Below, in pieces: positions 52,901-64,000 of a stretch of 64,000 nt of DNA (positions are counted from its first letter, which is position 1; each line of letters begins with the position of its first letter). The position numbers and the translations under genes were made by a program. The notes beneath the pieces were generated by a model. The model saw nothing but the letters and a program-made list of their open reading frames with translations, was not told the origin of the DNA and did not search any database. The stretch comes from Octopus sinensis (lineage: Eukaryota), in NCBI RefSeq assembly GCF_006345805.1, contig NC_043001.1:40858001-40922000 (forward strand), in the 5' to 3' direction.

Positions 52901-53624
52901 GTTGTTTCCCCAACTGTTCTTATTCTTGTTCCTACATTTTCAGAATGACTGCTACTTAAGCAATTTGGTAACAAAAACTTTCAACTAATTCTAGGGAACC
53001 CTCTGAGAGAAAATATTTCCTGAGAGCTCTTAGTGCTTATTGATCTGGTACACCTGTTACATGTCAAATATACCTTATCTGTTAGCCTGCATGTAATTTC
53101 CTGATCTATGCTATTCATTAGGGAGGTAACCTGGGTTCATTTTCTCAGAGAAATAATCCACAAACCACGAAACAGTCAGTCAGATGACTCTCTTCCTCTT
53201 CTTTTTCCACACATCAATAATATAGAAAGACTGTGTTTACATTCTTATTTCACAAAACAGTGAAGTTTTCAAAATATTTTAACATATTTCAGTTATTCTG
53301 ATTTATGTGTTGTTATGCAAAAAATGGTTATTGTTTAAATTAGTAAAGAGCCATCAAACACACAAATATACAAATAAAGCTATTTACCACAATGCTGATT
53401 TAATTTGCAGCTGCTTTATATTGCCACAGATCTCTACTACTGGTTGGGAAAGAAAATCAACATGTATTTTCTGAAGAGCAGTCAACAAACCATGAAATGG
53501 TCCATGAAAAGACTTCTTTCCTTTTTTACTTAACACATCAATACATTCTTATTTTCCCTGTATTGAGAGTTTGTAATATTTAAATATATTTCAGTTCTTC
53601 TAGTTAACAGCGTGCTGTGCCTAA

Positions 53625-53855
53625 AACACACACACACACACACGTACATATATGTGTGTGTATGCATGCATACATATACACATGCATATACATCCCTACA
53701 TACACATACATATATTTGCATACATCTTCACAAGCACACACATATCTACATTCATACACATATAAACAAACATCTATATAGATACATATATATATAGATA
53801 CATATACATATGTATATAGATACATATACATATATGTATATATGCATACATCTAC

Positions 53856-53890
<35 letters not shown>
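53625..53890. repeat. Compound (CA)n/(TA)n microsatellite
   Basis: Direct reading. Confidence 0.9.
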
Positions 53891-54220
53891 TGAATACATC
53901 TATTGGCCATCCATTTCCTTTTTATCCTTTCACTCATAGCTTCTTCATCCCTCTTACTTTCTGCACCCATGCCAGCCTCTATTACTCATCTTTCAATCAA
54001 TCCCTTCTCTTATCAATCTACTATGCTGTCTGTTTGTCACACATTGTACTCTCTTGCTCTTCATCTTTTTTTTTTTCTTGCTTATCTCCTATTCACCATA
54101 CATTGTATTCTTTCACACATGCTTATTGTTCATCTCTCAATCAGTATTTCCTTCCTCTCCTTTTTCATTGTCCTGTGCATTCAGCGTGACTGAGGATGGT
54201 AGTGGATCTGTTCGGTTCAC

Positions 54221-54251
<31 letters not shown>

Positions 54252-54905
54252 ACTATAGCTATTCTGACCCTCTCCTCCATCACTCCTTTGTGCCACTCAT
54301 TTGCACAGGACACATTTTAGCTCAGAAAAATATCTACACTGACCTGAGTACAATGCACCTACTCTCCTGTACAAGTGTTAGGACAGAAAGTCAACAACTC
54401 ACGTGCTCTCAAACACACAGGTGGGACAATCTAATGCACACAGTACACCTGGTGCAGTAGTTGGTAAATTTGGGCAGAAAATGCATTGGATTCTGTGGTC
54501 CCTTTATTAACCTTTCTGGTGTTGACGCCACAGAAAAAAACAAACATCCTCAGTGCACTCTGTAAAGCAGTTAACTATAAGAAAGGCATCCAACCATAGA
54601 AATCAAACCAAATGACACAAGTATCAGTCTTCAGAAGCAGCAGTTCCTAATAAGAGATGACTCAGACTGTGACAAACTGTCCAATCTATGCCAACATGGA
54701 GAGTTGATGTAAAAATAATGATGAGGATGATATACATGTATTGCATGCTTGCACACACACATGTATGTGCATGTAATACATATATATCATTATCATCATC
54801 ATTTTTACATGAAGACAACAGACAAAAACCAGACACCACCGTCACCACTACTCTATCCTCTCCAAACCTTTTCCAGATGTATGTCACAGCATATCTTTCT
54901 CACCT

Positions 54906-55190
54906 TCATTCTAAGGAGAAAAGTTTTAATTCTTTCAGTCTTTCCCAGTAGCTGATACATTGCATTGAGACAATGTTCTTGGTGTAGCTTTGTTGGATTG
55001 CCTCAAGTTCCGCCGTGGATTTTATAGTGTGTGGTGACCATAGCTGGGAGTAGTAGCCCAAGTGGCTGAGGATGTGTGTCCTCCAAAGGATCATCAATGT
55101 TTCCTTTTCTCTTGTTTTGAAAGTTTGGAGAATCCAACCAGCCATCCATCTACATTTTATTACAAAATTAGTAATATGCACTTGAAAAGA
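54906..55190 (-). mobile_element. CR1/L2-type LINE ORF2 fragment (post-RT)
   Basis: FKTREKETLMILWRTHILSHLGYYSQLWSP..AELEAIQQSYTKNI..ISYWERLKELKLFSLE matches the CR1 pattern ..LEYC..WSP....LE.VQR..TK.I....Y.ERL..L.L.SLE. Confidence 0.85.
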
Positions 55191-55204
55191 TACATATTTG
55201 TTGG

Positions 55205-57355
55205 TAGTCCATTGACTCCTCAGTTAGATTGATTTGTCCTTCTAAATCCAAAATAGGCATTATTAGTAAAAAAAATCATTGATAGGGTAATACCCATCCT
55301 TATCTCTAAAATTAGATTAGATCTCTGGTCTGATACCCAAGAGGTGGTTGGATGGTTCAAGCTTCTAGAAATTAGTAAAAATAGTAAATTCTTGCAACTA
55401 GATATAGAGAGAAGTAGTAAAGTACAGTTAGAAAGGCATAGGAGAAATTTATTTTAGACTTTTCAAAAATTTAGGACTAAAAATTACTATAGGTGAAGAT
55501 TATTGTAGAGTGAATTTTCTTAATGCTACCTTCTGTCTTGATACTAGATTATTTGAACCATTTATTTCATAAACCAAATGATCATATTAAGTACATTAAC
55601 ATAGCATCCAACCATCCACCCTTGATTATACGGGGACTAGTTAAGAATATTTCTACAAGAATCTTTAGATTATCTGCTAACAATAAAATTTTCGAATCTC
55701 ATGCATCTTATTGTTGTGCTGCTCTAGCTAGGGCTGGGTACCATGAAAAATTCAATATATACAAGAAACAAGTAATTCCTCCAACTATGGTGCACATTGT
55801 ATACCACCACAATGTTACGGCTTGAGAACTCACTCAGATAAAGAACACAGGCCAGGAAGAATTGGTCATATCAATGAACTACCAACAAAACCTCATAGAC
55901 ACACACGACATAATAATTCAACTGCTTATTCCAATCCTGTACAACACACTCAATCAAATAAGCCTAATTAATAACAGATATAGGAATCAGGATGTCCTTG
56001 GGTTCAAACAGATTTTCGGTTTGGATGTTTCAAAGAAGATTGCTGGAAAATTTTTTGCTGCTTTGGACAAATGTTTTCCTAAATCTAATCAGTATCATGC
56101 TATTTTTATCGACACACCGTGAAGGTATCCTATACCAACTCTGCTAATTTAGAGCAGCTTATGCATCGCATAAACAATAGCAAAATGCGACAAAGGTTCA
56201 ATAACCCACCTACTGGATCTAGCGAACATTTGCATCTAACTACCAACCAAGAAGATGTAAACTGCATTGATAAACACCAACTACAACCAATTTGTAGTTG
56301 TAGAAATGCTTATGATACAGCTAGCATGGTAAAAATGCCAGTAAATGGAGTCGGTACTGTCTTATATACAAATAAATACGATAAATGCTCATGCAGAGAA
56401 AAATCAAAATGTCCTTTGATGAATCTCTGTATGAGTACAAATCTTGTATATAAATGTACCATGCACTCAAAGGGAGGATCCTATGTTTACATTGGGCAGA
56501 CAGCTGATTCATTTAAGATTCATTATCGTAACCATGTTGCCAGCTTTAAGATAATCAATAAGAGACATTCAACACCTTTGGCAGATTTTGTATGGCAACT
56601 GAAAGAGGATAAAATGAAGTACAGTATTAATTAGTCCATAGTAAGGTATGTGAAACCATACAATATAATTTCCAGGAGATACCGTCTCTGATCTAAGGAA
56701 TCCTTGTCTATTCTGTGGACTAACAAGAAGATAATTAATAGAATTTCTGAACAACTCTCAAGATGCCTACATGCATATAAATGTACTTTTGCACAATGTA
56801 GTGAGAATGAATTTTGAGTAACCGTTAACTTAATTTACTTTAAGGTATGGATGACTTAAGTTTACTTTTAACCTCCCCATTCTTATATACACCAAGTAGA
56901 TAACTAACTCACTTTGTGACCATGAGTGCACCAAACCTCACGTGTGTGTATGCTCACATTTTTGTGGATGATTGTATGAGCAAGTGTACTCGTGCAATGC
57001 AGCTTGCCTGAAAGCATTTATACATCCATATCTGTCAACGGTTATTTTTAACACTTTCCTCGCTTGATTGCATGTTCGTTTCTCTTTTTGTCATCAGTGA
57101 TTTAATTTTTGATCTTCTACATAAATGAAGATATTTCCTCCATTTTGCTGCTTTTCTCTATACAATACGGAAAGTTACATTGCAGAACAGTCATTTTAAA
57201 GAGTTGTATTTATTTATCACCCAACAAGAGGCGTCTGCACCACCTGATGCTCCTGAAACAGTTGTTGAGTGTTCTACCCAAGAGGAATTGATGCTATATG
57301 TATCAAAACAATTGTCGTGATTAATAATAAATTCTCGTATAATCCATCTTCTGTC
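55205..57355 (+). mobile_element. Penelope-like retroelement remnant (RT with core deletion, GIY-YIG endonuclease, 3' terminal repeat)
   Basis: VRLICPSKS / KIGIISK..W..T..V..WF..KFLQLDIE; KNLGLKITI..VNFL; HKPNDHIKYINIASNHPP; ORF 56119-56634 C..CPL..C..NLVYKC..YVYIGQT..FK..Y.NH..SF. Decayed hammerhead-like end at 57241-57319. Confidence 0.9.
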
Positions 57356-57423
57356 TTTCATTTGCTATGTCTGTATATATATATACATATATGTGTGTAT
57401 GTGTATGTACGTGTGCATGTGTA

Positions 57424-57456
<33 letters not shown>

Positions 57457-57585
57457 GTGGTTGGCGTTAGGAAGGGCATCCAGCTGTAGAAACACTGCCA
57501 GATCTGGCTTCCCAGATCCCTGGTCGTACCGTCCAACCCATGCTAGCATGGAGAACGGACGTTAAACGATGATGATGATGATGAT
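57457..57585 (+). mobile_element. 5'-truncated family D element with (GAT)n tail
   Basis: ttggcgttaggaagggcatccagctgtagaaacactgccagatc...gcatggagaacggacgttaaacgatgatgatg. Confidence 0.88.
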
Positions 57586-57980
57586 GTGTGTGTGTGTGTG
57601 TCTATATATATGAATATATATATGTATATATATGTGTATATATATATATATATGTATATATTTGTATATATATATATATGTGTGTATGTATATATATATA
57701 TGTGTGTGTATATATATGTGTGTGTGTATATGTGTGTGTGTATATATATATGTGTGTGTGTGTATATATGTGTATATATGTGTGTGTGTATATATATGTG
57801 TGTATGTATATATATATGTGTGTATATATATATATGTATATATATGTGTATATATATAAATGCACATATATATATCTATATATAATATATATATATATAT
57901 ATGTAATGTATATATGTATGCATATATGTATATATATATATATATGTATATATATGTATGTGTGAGTGTGTGTGTGTAAA
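57586..57980. repeat. Compound (TA)n/(TG)n microsatellite
   Basis: Direct reading. Confidence 0.95.
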
Positions 57981-58098
57981 TATGTATATAATTATATTAC
58001 TATAATTATTAGGGAATATTACTTCTGAGTACACAGGAAAAAGACATTCAAATTAGATGTACTAAATTGAACATCTCTCAATGTTTAATTTGTATATA

Positions 58099-58620
58099 TA
58101 AAAGTAGTTTTAGAGACAGAACCACCTTCAACTCAATCAATACTGAAAGATTTTATACCTGACCACTCCATAAAATGTTAAATATTAAATCTTATACTAA
58201 CTACATGTGTTTCATGAAAGCACATTGGTATTGATTAGATATGCGGTATCTAGTTTCAATACTTAATCGGGTTGACATACTCCCAATCTTCAGGTCTGGA
58301 TTCCTCAACATTTTTCACTATCTTTACCTCCATGATACTCTATATCTTCAATATAAACTTACTTAACATATACAAATGAATACATATACAAATAAATAAA
58401 AATAATAACTGAATATTAAAAATTTAAAGAGTAAATATTTAAGGAATAAAAATTCAAGGAAAAAACATTTAAGGAAAAAAATTTAAAGACAAAAAAGTAC
58501 AATTAAAAATTACAAATAACAAATAAATTTAAAATATTTAACATTTTATGGAGTGGTCAGGTATAAAATCTTTCAGTGTTGACTGAGTTGAAGGTGGTTC
58601 TGTCTCTAAAACTACTTTTA
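58099..58620. mobile_element. 522-bp MITE/fold-back element with 88-bp TIRs, flanked by (TA)n
   Basis: 58099-58186 versus the reverse complement of 58533-58620: 2 mismatches in 88 bp. Confidence 0.88.
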
Positions 58621-58626
58621 TATATA

Positions 58627-58691
<65 letters not shown>

Positions 58692-59189
58692 AATATGTAT
58701 ATATATGTATATACATATATATATATGTATGCATATATATATGTATGTATATATATATAATATATATATATGTCAGATTGCTCTTGAGTGCTACTGGTAA
58801 CATATACACACATATATATATACACACACATATATACATACACATATATATACATATATATATATACACACACATATATATACATACATATACACATGTA
58901 TATACATGTATATATATACATATACACATACATATACATGTATATATATATATATATACATACATACATGTATATATATATACACATACATATACATGTA
59001 TATATATATACACATACATATACATGTATATATATACATATACACATACATGTATATATATACATATACATGTATATATATACATATACATGTATATATA
59101 TACATATACATGTATATATATATACATATACACATACATATACATGTATATATATATACATATACATGTATATATATATACATATACAC

Positions 59190-59250
<61 letters not shown>
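58621..59250. repeat. (TA)n/(CA)n array with higher-order tatacatgta-containing units
   Basis: Direct reading; a unit like tatacatatacatgta repeats at about 58880-59190. Confidence 0.92.
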
Positions 59251-59252
<2 letters not shown>

Positions 59253-60149
59253 TGAAAGCATTTTTTCTGTCCATCTGGGACTCCTGTACCTCAGTCTACA
59301 TAGACATATTGTGTCATTTTGGAATCAAGATAATCCCAGGATTGAAAATCTGCCCTTCATTTGAGATCTGATTTAAAACCATTTAGGTTGCTATTTCTAG
59401 CAGGTATATCTTGCCTTATTCATACTATCTTAGTTGGTGTTTGTCAGATGATGTCGGAGATCAAGGGGAAGATATTTGCTTTGTTAATTTTAAATCAAGA
59501 TAAGAACTTTGGAACAAATCGCTCAACAGTTGGATTTCAACTTGAGACTGGAACAATAGAATGATTGCATTACAGAATTTATTCTCATCTTGCCTCAACT
59601 TCTGATTAAGCACTACCAGGGCATATAGTCATTATAGATGTCTTATAGTTATGATACTTTTCTGTCTCTAGCTTTGGGCCACAAGCCCAATTAGCCCTCC
59701 GCAAGAGCTGCCTTAAAAGTCGGCATGAAGTGCAGCTTTTAAGCTAGTATATATCTTCATCATCATCATCGTTTAACGTCTCCCTTCCATGCTAGCATGC
59801 GTGGGACACACACATACACACACACACACAGGTGCAAGCATAGCAATGTGGCTAAGAAGTTTGCTTCCCAGTCACATGGCTATGGATTCAGTCCTATTGC
59901 ATGGCACCCAAGCTGACCAAAGCCGCTTGAACTGATTTGCTAGAAACTTGCAATAAGCTTGTCATACATCTATCCATATGTGTTTGTGCGTTTGTGTGTG
60001 TACATGCGTGCATGTGTGTGTCCATACGCACATGCCTTATCATTGTGTGAAAGTCATAAATATGTGTCACAAATGGTTTCTTCTTTTCTAATCTTCCATG
60101 GAAACATGACTGTCCATAGCGAAATATTATTTGAACACAGGAGAATGCT

Positions 60150-61281
60150 GAAAAAATACCTCTTTAAAATACCGCCAACCCATTACATTTTTTGTTCAAC
60201 TATTTCATGCTATGGAAATTAATGAAATGGAACTTCCTTTTTTTTTTTTATTGGACATTCTGAATTAAAGAAAATGAAATTATTAGAAATAATCTGAACT
60301 GCAAGGACATTGATAGACGTCATCAACATTTACATTTTAGATCAGGTCATCAATCCCACATTCAAAAGAAACACCCATTCAATGTGACAAGATGTATGCG
60401 CTCAATAGTTACAGGCACAAATAAATGACTGGAAGAACTAAATATGTTCTTTCAGAAGCAAAAATACCTCCAAAGGTCTTAGTAAAGCATGCCATAACCA
60501 AGGTAAAAGAGATCCCAATCTATGTCTTTTGGAGAAGCAAACACAAATACAAATATTCCATTTGTAATCAACCATAATCCTTGAAACCACAACATCTGAC
60601 ATCCAGCCAAACAATACCTTCCAATTCTACACCAATCATCAAATTTCAGAGTAATAATTAAAGAATCCAAAATTATCAACAGCCAAAGACAACTATCAAA
60701 ATTTTAAAAGATTATTAACAAAGGTGAAGTTCACATCAGAAGAAGAAATAAAGCCGTTAACAAACTACAGAGAACTTAGTTGTAGGATGCGTGATATAAC
60801 TGAACAGAACAAAACCAAAAAATTCACAAATGAGAAGGAAGTGAAAATCAATGCAAATATGAACTGCAAAACAAAAAAATTACACTTACTGCACCACAAT
60901 GCAATGAGAATTATATCAGCCAAACAGGATCAAAGTTAATAGATCTGGTTAGGGTCCATAAAGAACGAATCAAAGATTCATCTCTTAGAAATATTCCATG
61001 CAGTAAACCTCAAAACATTTGTGCTAATACAAAATTCAAATTATTTCCTTTTTTTTTTTTGTCAAAATAAGAGAAGAAAATAATAAACTATGAAAGGCAA
61101 AAGAAGAATACTTTAAAAGAATTCTAAATCTGAAACAAAACCAGAAATAATCAACACCACTACTAAAAACAACTTCCTCTACACATATTAAACTATAACA
61201 TGTTAGAGAAATTGTTAACAGCAAAACACAATATGTAAACTTACTTCCAAAAAGTTTGTGTTATTCTAGGTTCTTTTTAAG

Positions 61282-61320
<39 letters not shown>

Positions 61321-61560
61321 TATATATATATAGGTATGAGTAAGTATTTCATTTATGTCTTACGTATTTATCGCTGACGAGGAGAAAATTCTTATGAATT
61401 AACTCTGAAATTGGGACTGATACGATAATGATGGAATTTTTTAGAAATTTCTGTCAGCTTACTTCGAGACGCATGTTTATAGTGATAAATTATATGGTTA
61501 TTGACAATTTGTCTATTTTCGGCATATTTGGCATTAGAATTTTTTTCTTTTTTCCTTGTT
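60150..61560 (+). mobile_element. Second Penelope-like element remnant (different family; RT thumb, GIY-YIG, terminal repeat with hammerhead)
   Basis: ELPF..DIL; HLHFRSGH; NIPFVINHNP.N.NI....YLPILHQS..IINSQRQ..KRLLT; INANMNCKTK..YCTT.CNENYISQTGSKL..VRVHKERI. Frameshifted. Confidence 0.85.
61368..61428 (+). ncRNA. Type I hammerhead ribozyme candidate with intact catalytic core
   Basis: TTATCG-CTGACGA-GGAG(aaaattc ttat gaattaa)CTCT-GAAA-TTGGGACTGA-T-A-CGATAA. Helix I is 6/6 complementary; cleavage triplet AUA. Confidence 0.6.
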
Positions 61561-61567
61561 TATAAGT

Positions 61568-61606
<39 letters not shown>

Positions 61607-62009
61607 ATAAAAGAAATAATTGAGATTCAGTTGAATTAGTTTGGTATAGTGTGCACAGCTCAAAGTTAGGTGAATAAAAAGTAAATAAGTAACAAGGATG
61701 TTCAGGTATCAAATCCATTACGGATATTTCAAGTGGTTCCATTTAATTGACCAATGAAAACATTACATCCATTTGAAATAAACCGCTATCCTCGGAAGCA
61801 GATGACCATATAGATTTCCAACATTACGGATAAACCATTATTTTTCAATTTAACATATGATCTATCTGTTTATGAACTGGTCAGAAAAACATAGGAGCGG
61901 TTTATTTCAAATTGATGTAATATTTTCATTGACCGATTAAATGGAGCTGCTTAAAATGGCCATAATGCATTGACATCTGGATATCCTTGTTACTTATTTG
62001 CTTTAAAAA

Positions 62010-62089
<80 letters not shown>

Positions 62090-62092
<3 letters not shown>

Positions 62093-62605
62093 TCATCATT
62101 TAACGTCCGCTTTCCATGCTAGCATGGGTTGGACAGTTCAACTGGGGTCTGAGGAGCCCGAAGGCTGCACCAGGCCAGTCAGATCTGGCAGTGTTTCTAC
62201 AGCTGGATGCCCTTCCTAACGCCAACCACTCCGAGAGTGTAGTGGGTGATTTTATGTGCCACCGACACATGTGCCAGACGAGGCTGGCGAGCGGCCACGC
62301 TCGGATGGTGTTTTTTCTTTTTTTTTTATGTGCTACCGACACAGTGCCAGACGAGGCTGGCAGACGGCCACGCTCGGATGGTGTTTTTATGTGCCACCGA
62401 CACAGGTGCCAGATGAGGCTGGCGAACGGCCACGATCAGATGGTGTTTGTTACGTGCCCACAGCACGGAGGCCAGTCGATGCGGTACTGGCTACAGCCAC
62501 GTTCGGATGGTTTTCTTGTATGCCACCGGCACTGGTACCACAAAGATACAAATTCCATTAATGTTCATCTATTTTGATTTGATTTGATTTTGATTTTGAC
62601 TTTGA
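62090..62605 (-). mobile_element. Young, long family D element with 4 internal units of about 58 bp and a (AATCA)n 5' end
   Basis: Tail at 62090-62120; central ggatgcccttcctaacgccaacc; repeated tttttatgtgccaccgacacaggtgccagacgaggctggc...ggccacgctcggatggtg. Confidence 0.9.
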
Positions 62606-62631
62606 TTATATATATATATATATATATACAC

Positions 62632-62663
<32 letters not shown>

Positions 62664-62806
62664 ATGCATATATATATATATATATACCTTTTCAATATTT
62701 ATGGTAAAATATGCATTAATCATTACATTCTAATGTTATTTTTTCTCCCTTTATAGATTACTTTTTACCATAATGGTTAAATTCATATCTATTTTACCCT
62801 TTAAAA

Positions 62807-63780
62807 ATGAGTTTAGATGAGACTCCCATCAGACACTGCATATTGTATGAATTCAAAAAGGGCTCTTTAGCAATGGAAACAGATAGTAGTATTTACTCTG
62901 TCTACAGAAATGAAGCTTCAAGTGTTTAGCCAGTTTTGCTTGGGACATTTTTCTCTTGTAGATTTCTTTTGACCTGGATAACCAAGTTCTGTCAATATAG
63001 ATCTTTTGAAAACCATAGTTGAGGAAAATTCCCAGCAAACTACACAAGAATTAGTAAAACAATTGAAGTCACACTTTAATCATAAATCATCCTCATAAAC
63101 TAGGAAAAGTGTCTAAACTTGGTCAGTGAGGCCTTCATCATCTGACTTGTCCATTTAATCACTATGCTTATCACTGAAGAGTAGACTTGCTACTAAAGCT
63201 TCCCTAGGTAGAATCATCACAACTGATATTAAGTATGTTTTCTATAAGCATGTCTGATGAGATGAGACCAACAATGGTTAGCACTCAATGAAAAAGGAGA
63301 ATTTATCCCCAAACCAGGACAATACCCAAAAATATAATTATGCTCTGTGATTAGTGAGATATGAAGGATGTCATATACCATAAAGTATTAAGCCAAAATG
63401 AAAGTTGACGTGAAGAATTATTTTTGTCAATTGGAAGCATTATACAAAAATTAGTGGAAAAAGTGCTAGTCATAAAAGAGTGTTGCTATTTACATGATAA
63501 TGTAGGACCACATATTGCCCAAGTCATTTAGGAAAAGATTATGGCATTGAGTATGAAAGTGTTACCTCATCCTCCTTACACTCCTGCCTTTGATCCAACA
63601 ATCATCTTTTCAGGTCATAGCAAGATTATTTAGAGGGAAAATAGTTTATTAATGTTGAAGAGGTTAAAAATGATATTCAGTGTATCTATGCTTTGAAACC
63701 CAAGGAATTTTATACCTGAGAGATTAACAAGTTTCCAAATAGATGGGATTATGTTAAAAATAATGAAAGTAAATATTATC
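62807..63780 (+). mobile_element. Decayed near-full-length mariner transposase
   Basis: MSLDETPIRHCILYEFKKG; LGKVSKLGQ*; RIITTDIKYVFY; MLCD*..MKDVIYHKVL; LHDNVGPHIAQ; LPHPPYTPAF. Many stops and frameshifts; TIRs not confidently seen. Confidence 0.85.
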
Positions 63781-64000
63781 TCAATTAAATATATCAATTA
63801 AAACCATAAAAGTATTTGTTTCTTTCCCATTTTGAAATATGAATGGACTTTCTATCCACTCACTGCACTTTTCATTACCTTAAGCATTGAAGAGCCACAA
63901 GAGCACATCATTTCCATTATCAATCTCTTTGCAACTTTTACAAATCATTCTACCCCTCTTCTACTAAGTGTGAGTACCCATGTAGCTCTTCTACAAGAAC

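Noticed and set aside
53385-53545. Open frames on both strands (DLYYWLGK.. on plus; SFHGPFHGLL.. on minus)
   Set aside because: No matching acceptor/donor pair keeps either frame open; the resemblance to gelsolin-like motifs is too short to support.
57562-59371. Long ORFs of up to 218 aa (YIYI/CVCV/HTHT-rich)
   Set aside because: They are translations of (TA)n/(CA)n/(TG)n microsatellites, which lack stops in some frames. The same applies to ORFs at 39.5, 42.8, 43.5 and 53.6 kb.
59361-59564. 67-aa ORF whose opposite strand shows several in-frame TGA codons, hinting at a mitochondrial code or NUMT
   Set aside because: No similarity to mitochondrial proteins that I can recognise; the TGA pattern is explained by TCA/TGA frequency in AT-rich DNA.
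62230-62540. CRISPR-like regularly spaced palindromic repeats
   Set aside because: The units are whole tandem repeats without unique spacers, lie inside a eukaryotic retroelement, and have no cas genes nearby.

Overview
A very AT-rich eukaryotic window dense in microsatellites and transposons. The SINE families, huge (TA)n/(CA)n tracts and the RTE, Dong-R4 and Penelope content point to an octopus (coleoid cephalopod) genome; this is inferred from repeat content and recalled consensus motifs, not from a database hit. I found no intact protein-coding exon; nearly all ORF-track entries are microsatellite or SINE artefacts. Recognisable coding remnants are all decayed transposons: two Penelope-like elements (RT plus GIY-YIG), two mariners, a hAT C-terminus, and Dong/R4, CR1-type and several RTE LINE pieces. 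Non-autonomous elements include a Helitron-type element, TTAA MITEs, a long-TIR MITE and several tRNA-derived SINE families. The most interesting non-transposon signals: (1) a textbook recursive-splice-site/RS-exon architecture on the minus strand at about 1.43-1.53 kb; (2) further well-signalled minus-strand exons with stops in all frames; (3) a CpG-enriched promoter-like island at about 48.5-49.9 kb; (4) six hammerhead-ribozyme-like motifs, one with an intact core (61368-61428); (5) several long hairpins, including a pre-miRNA-sized one at 38389-38446. All translations, folds and coordinates were done by eye, so edges are approximate.
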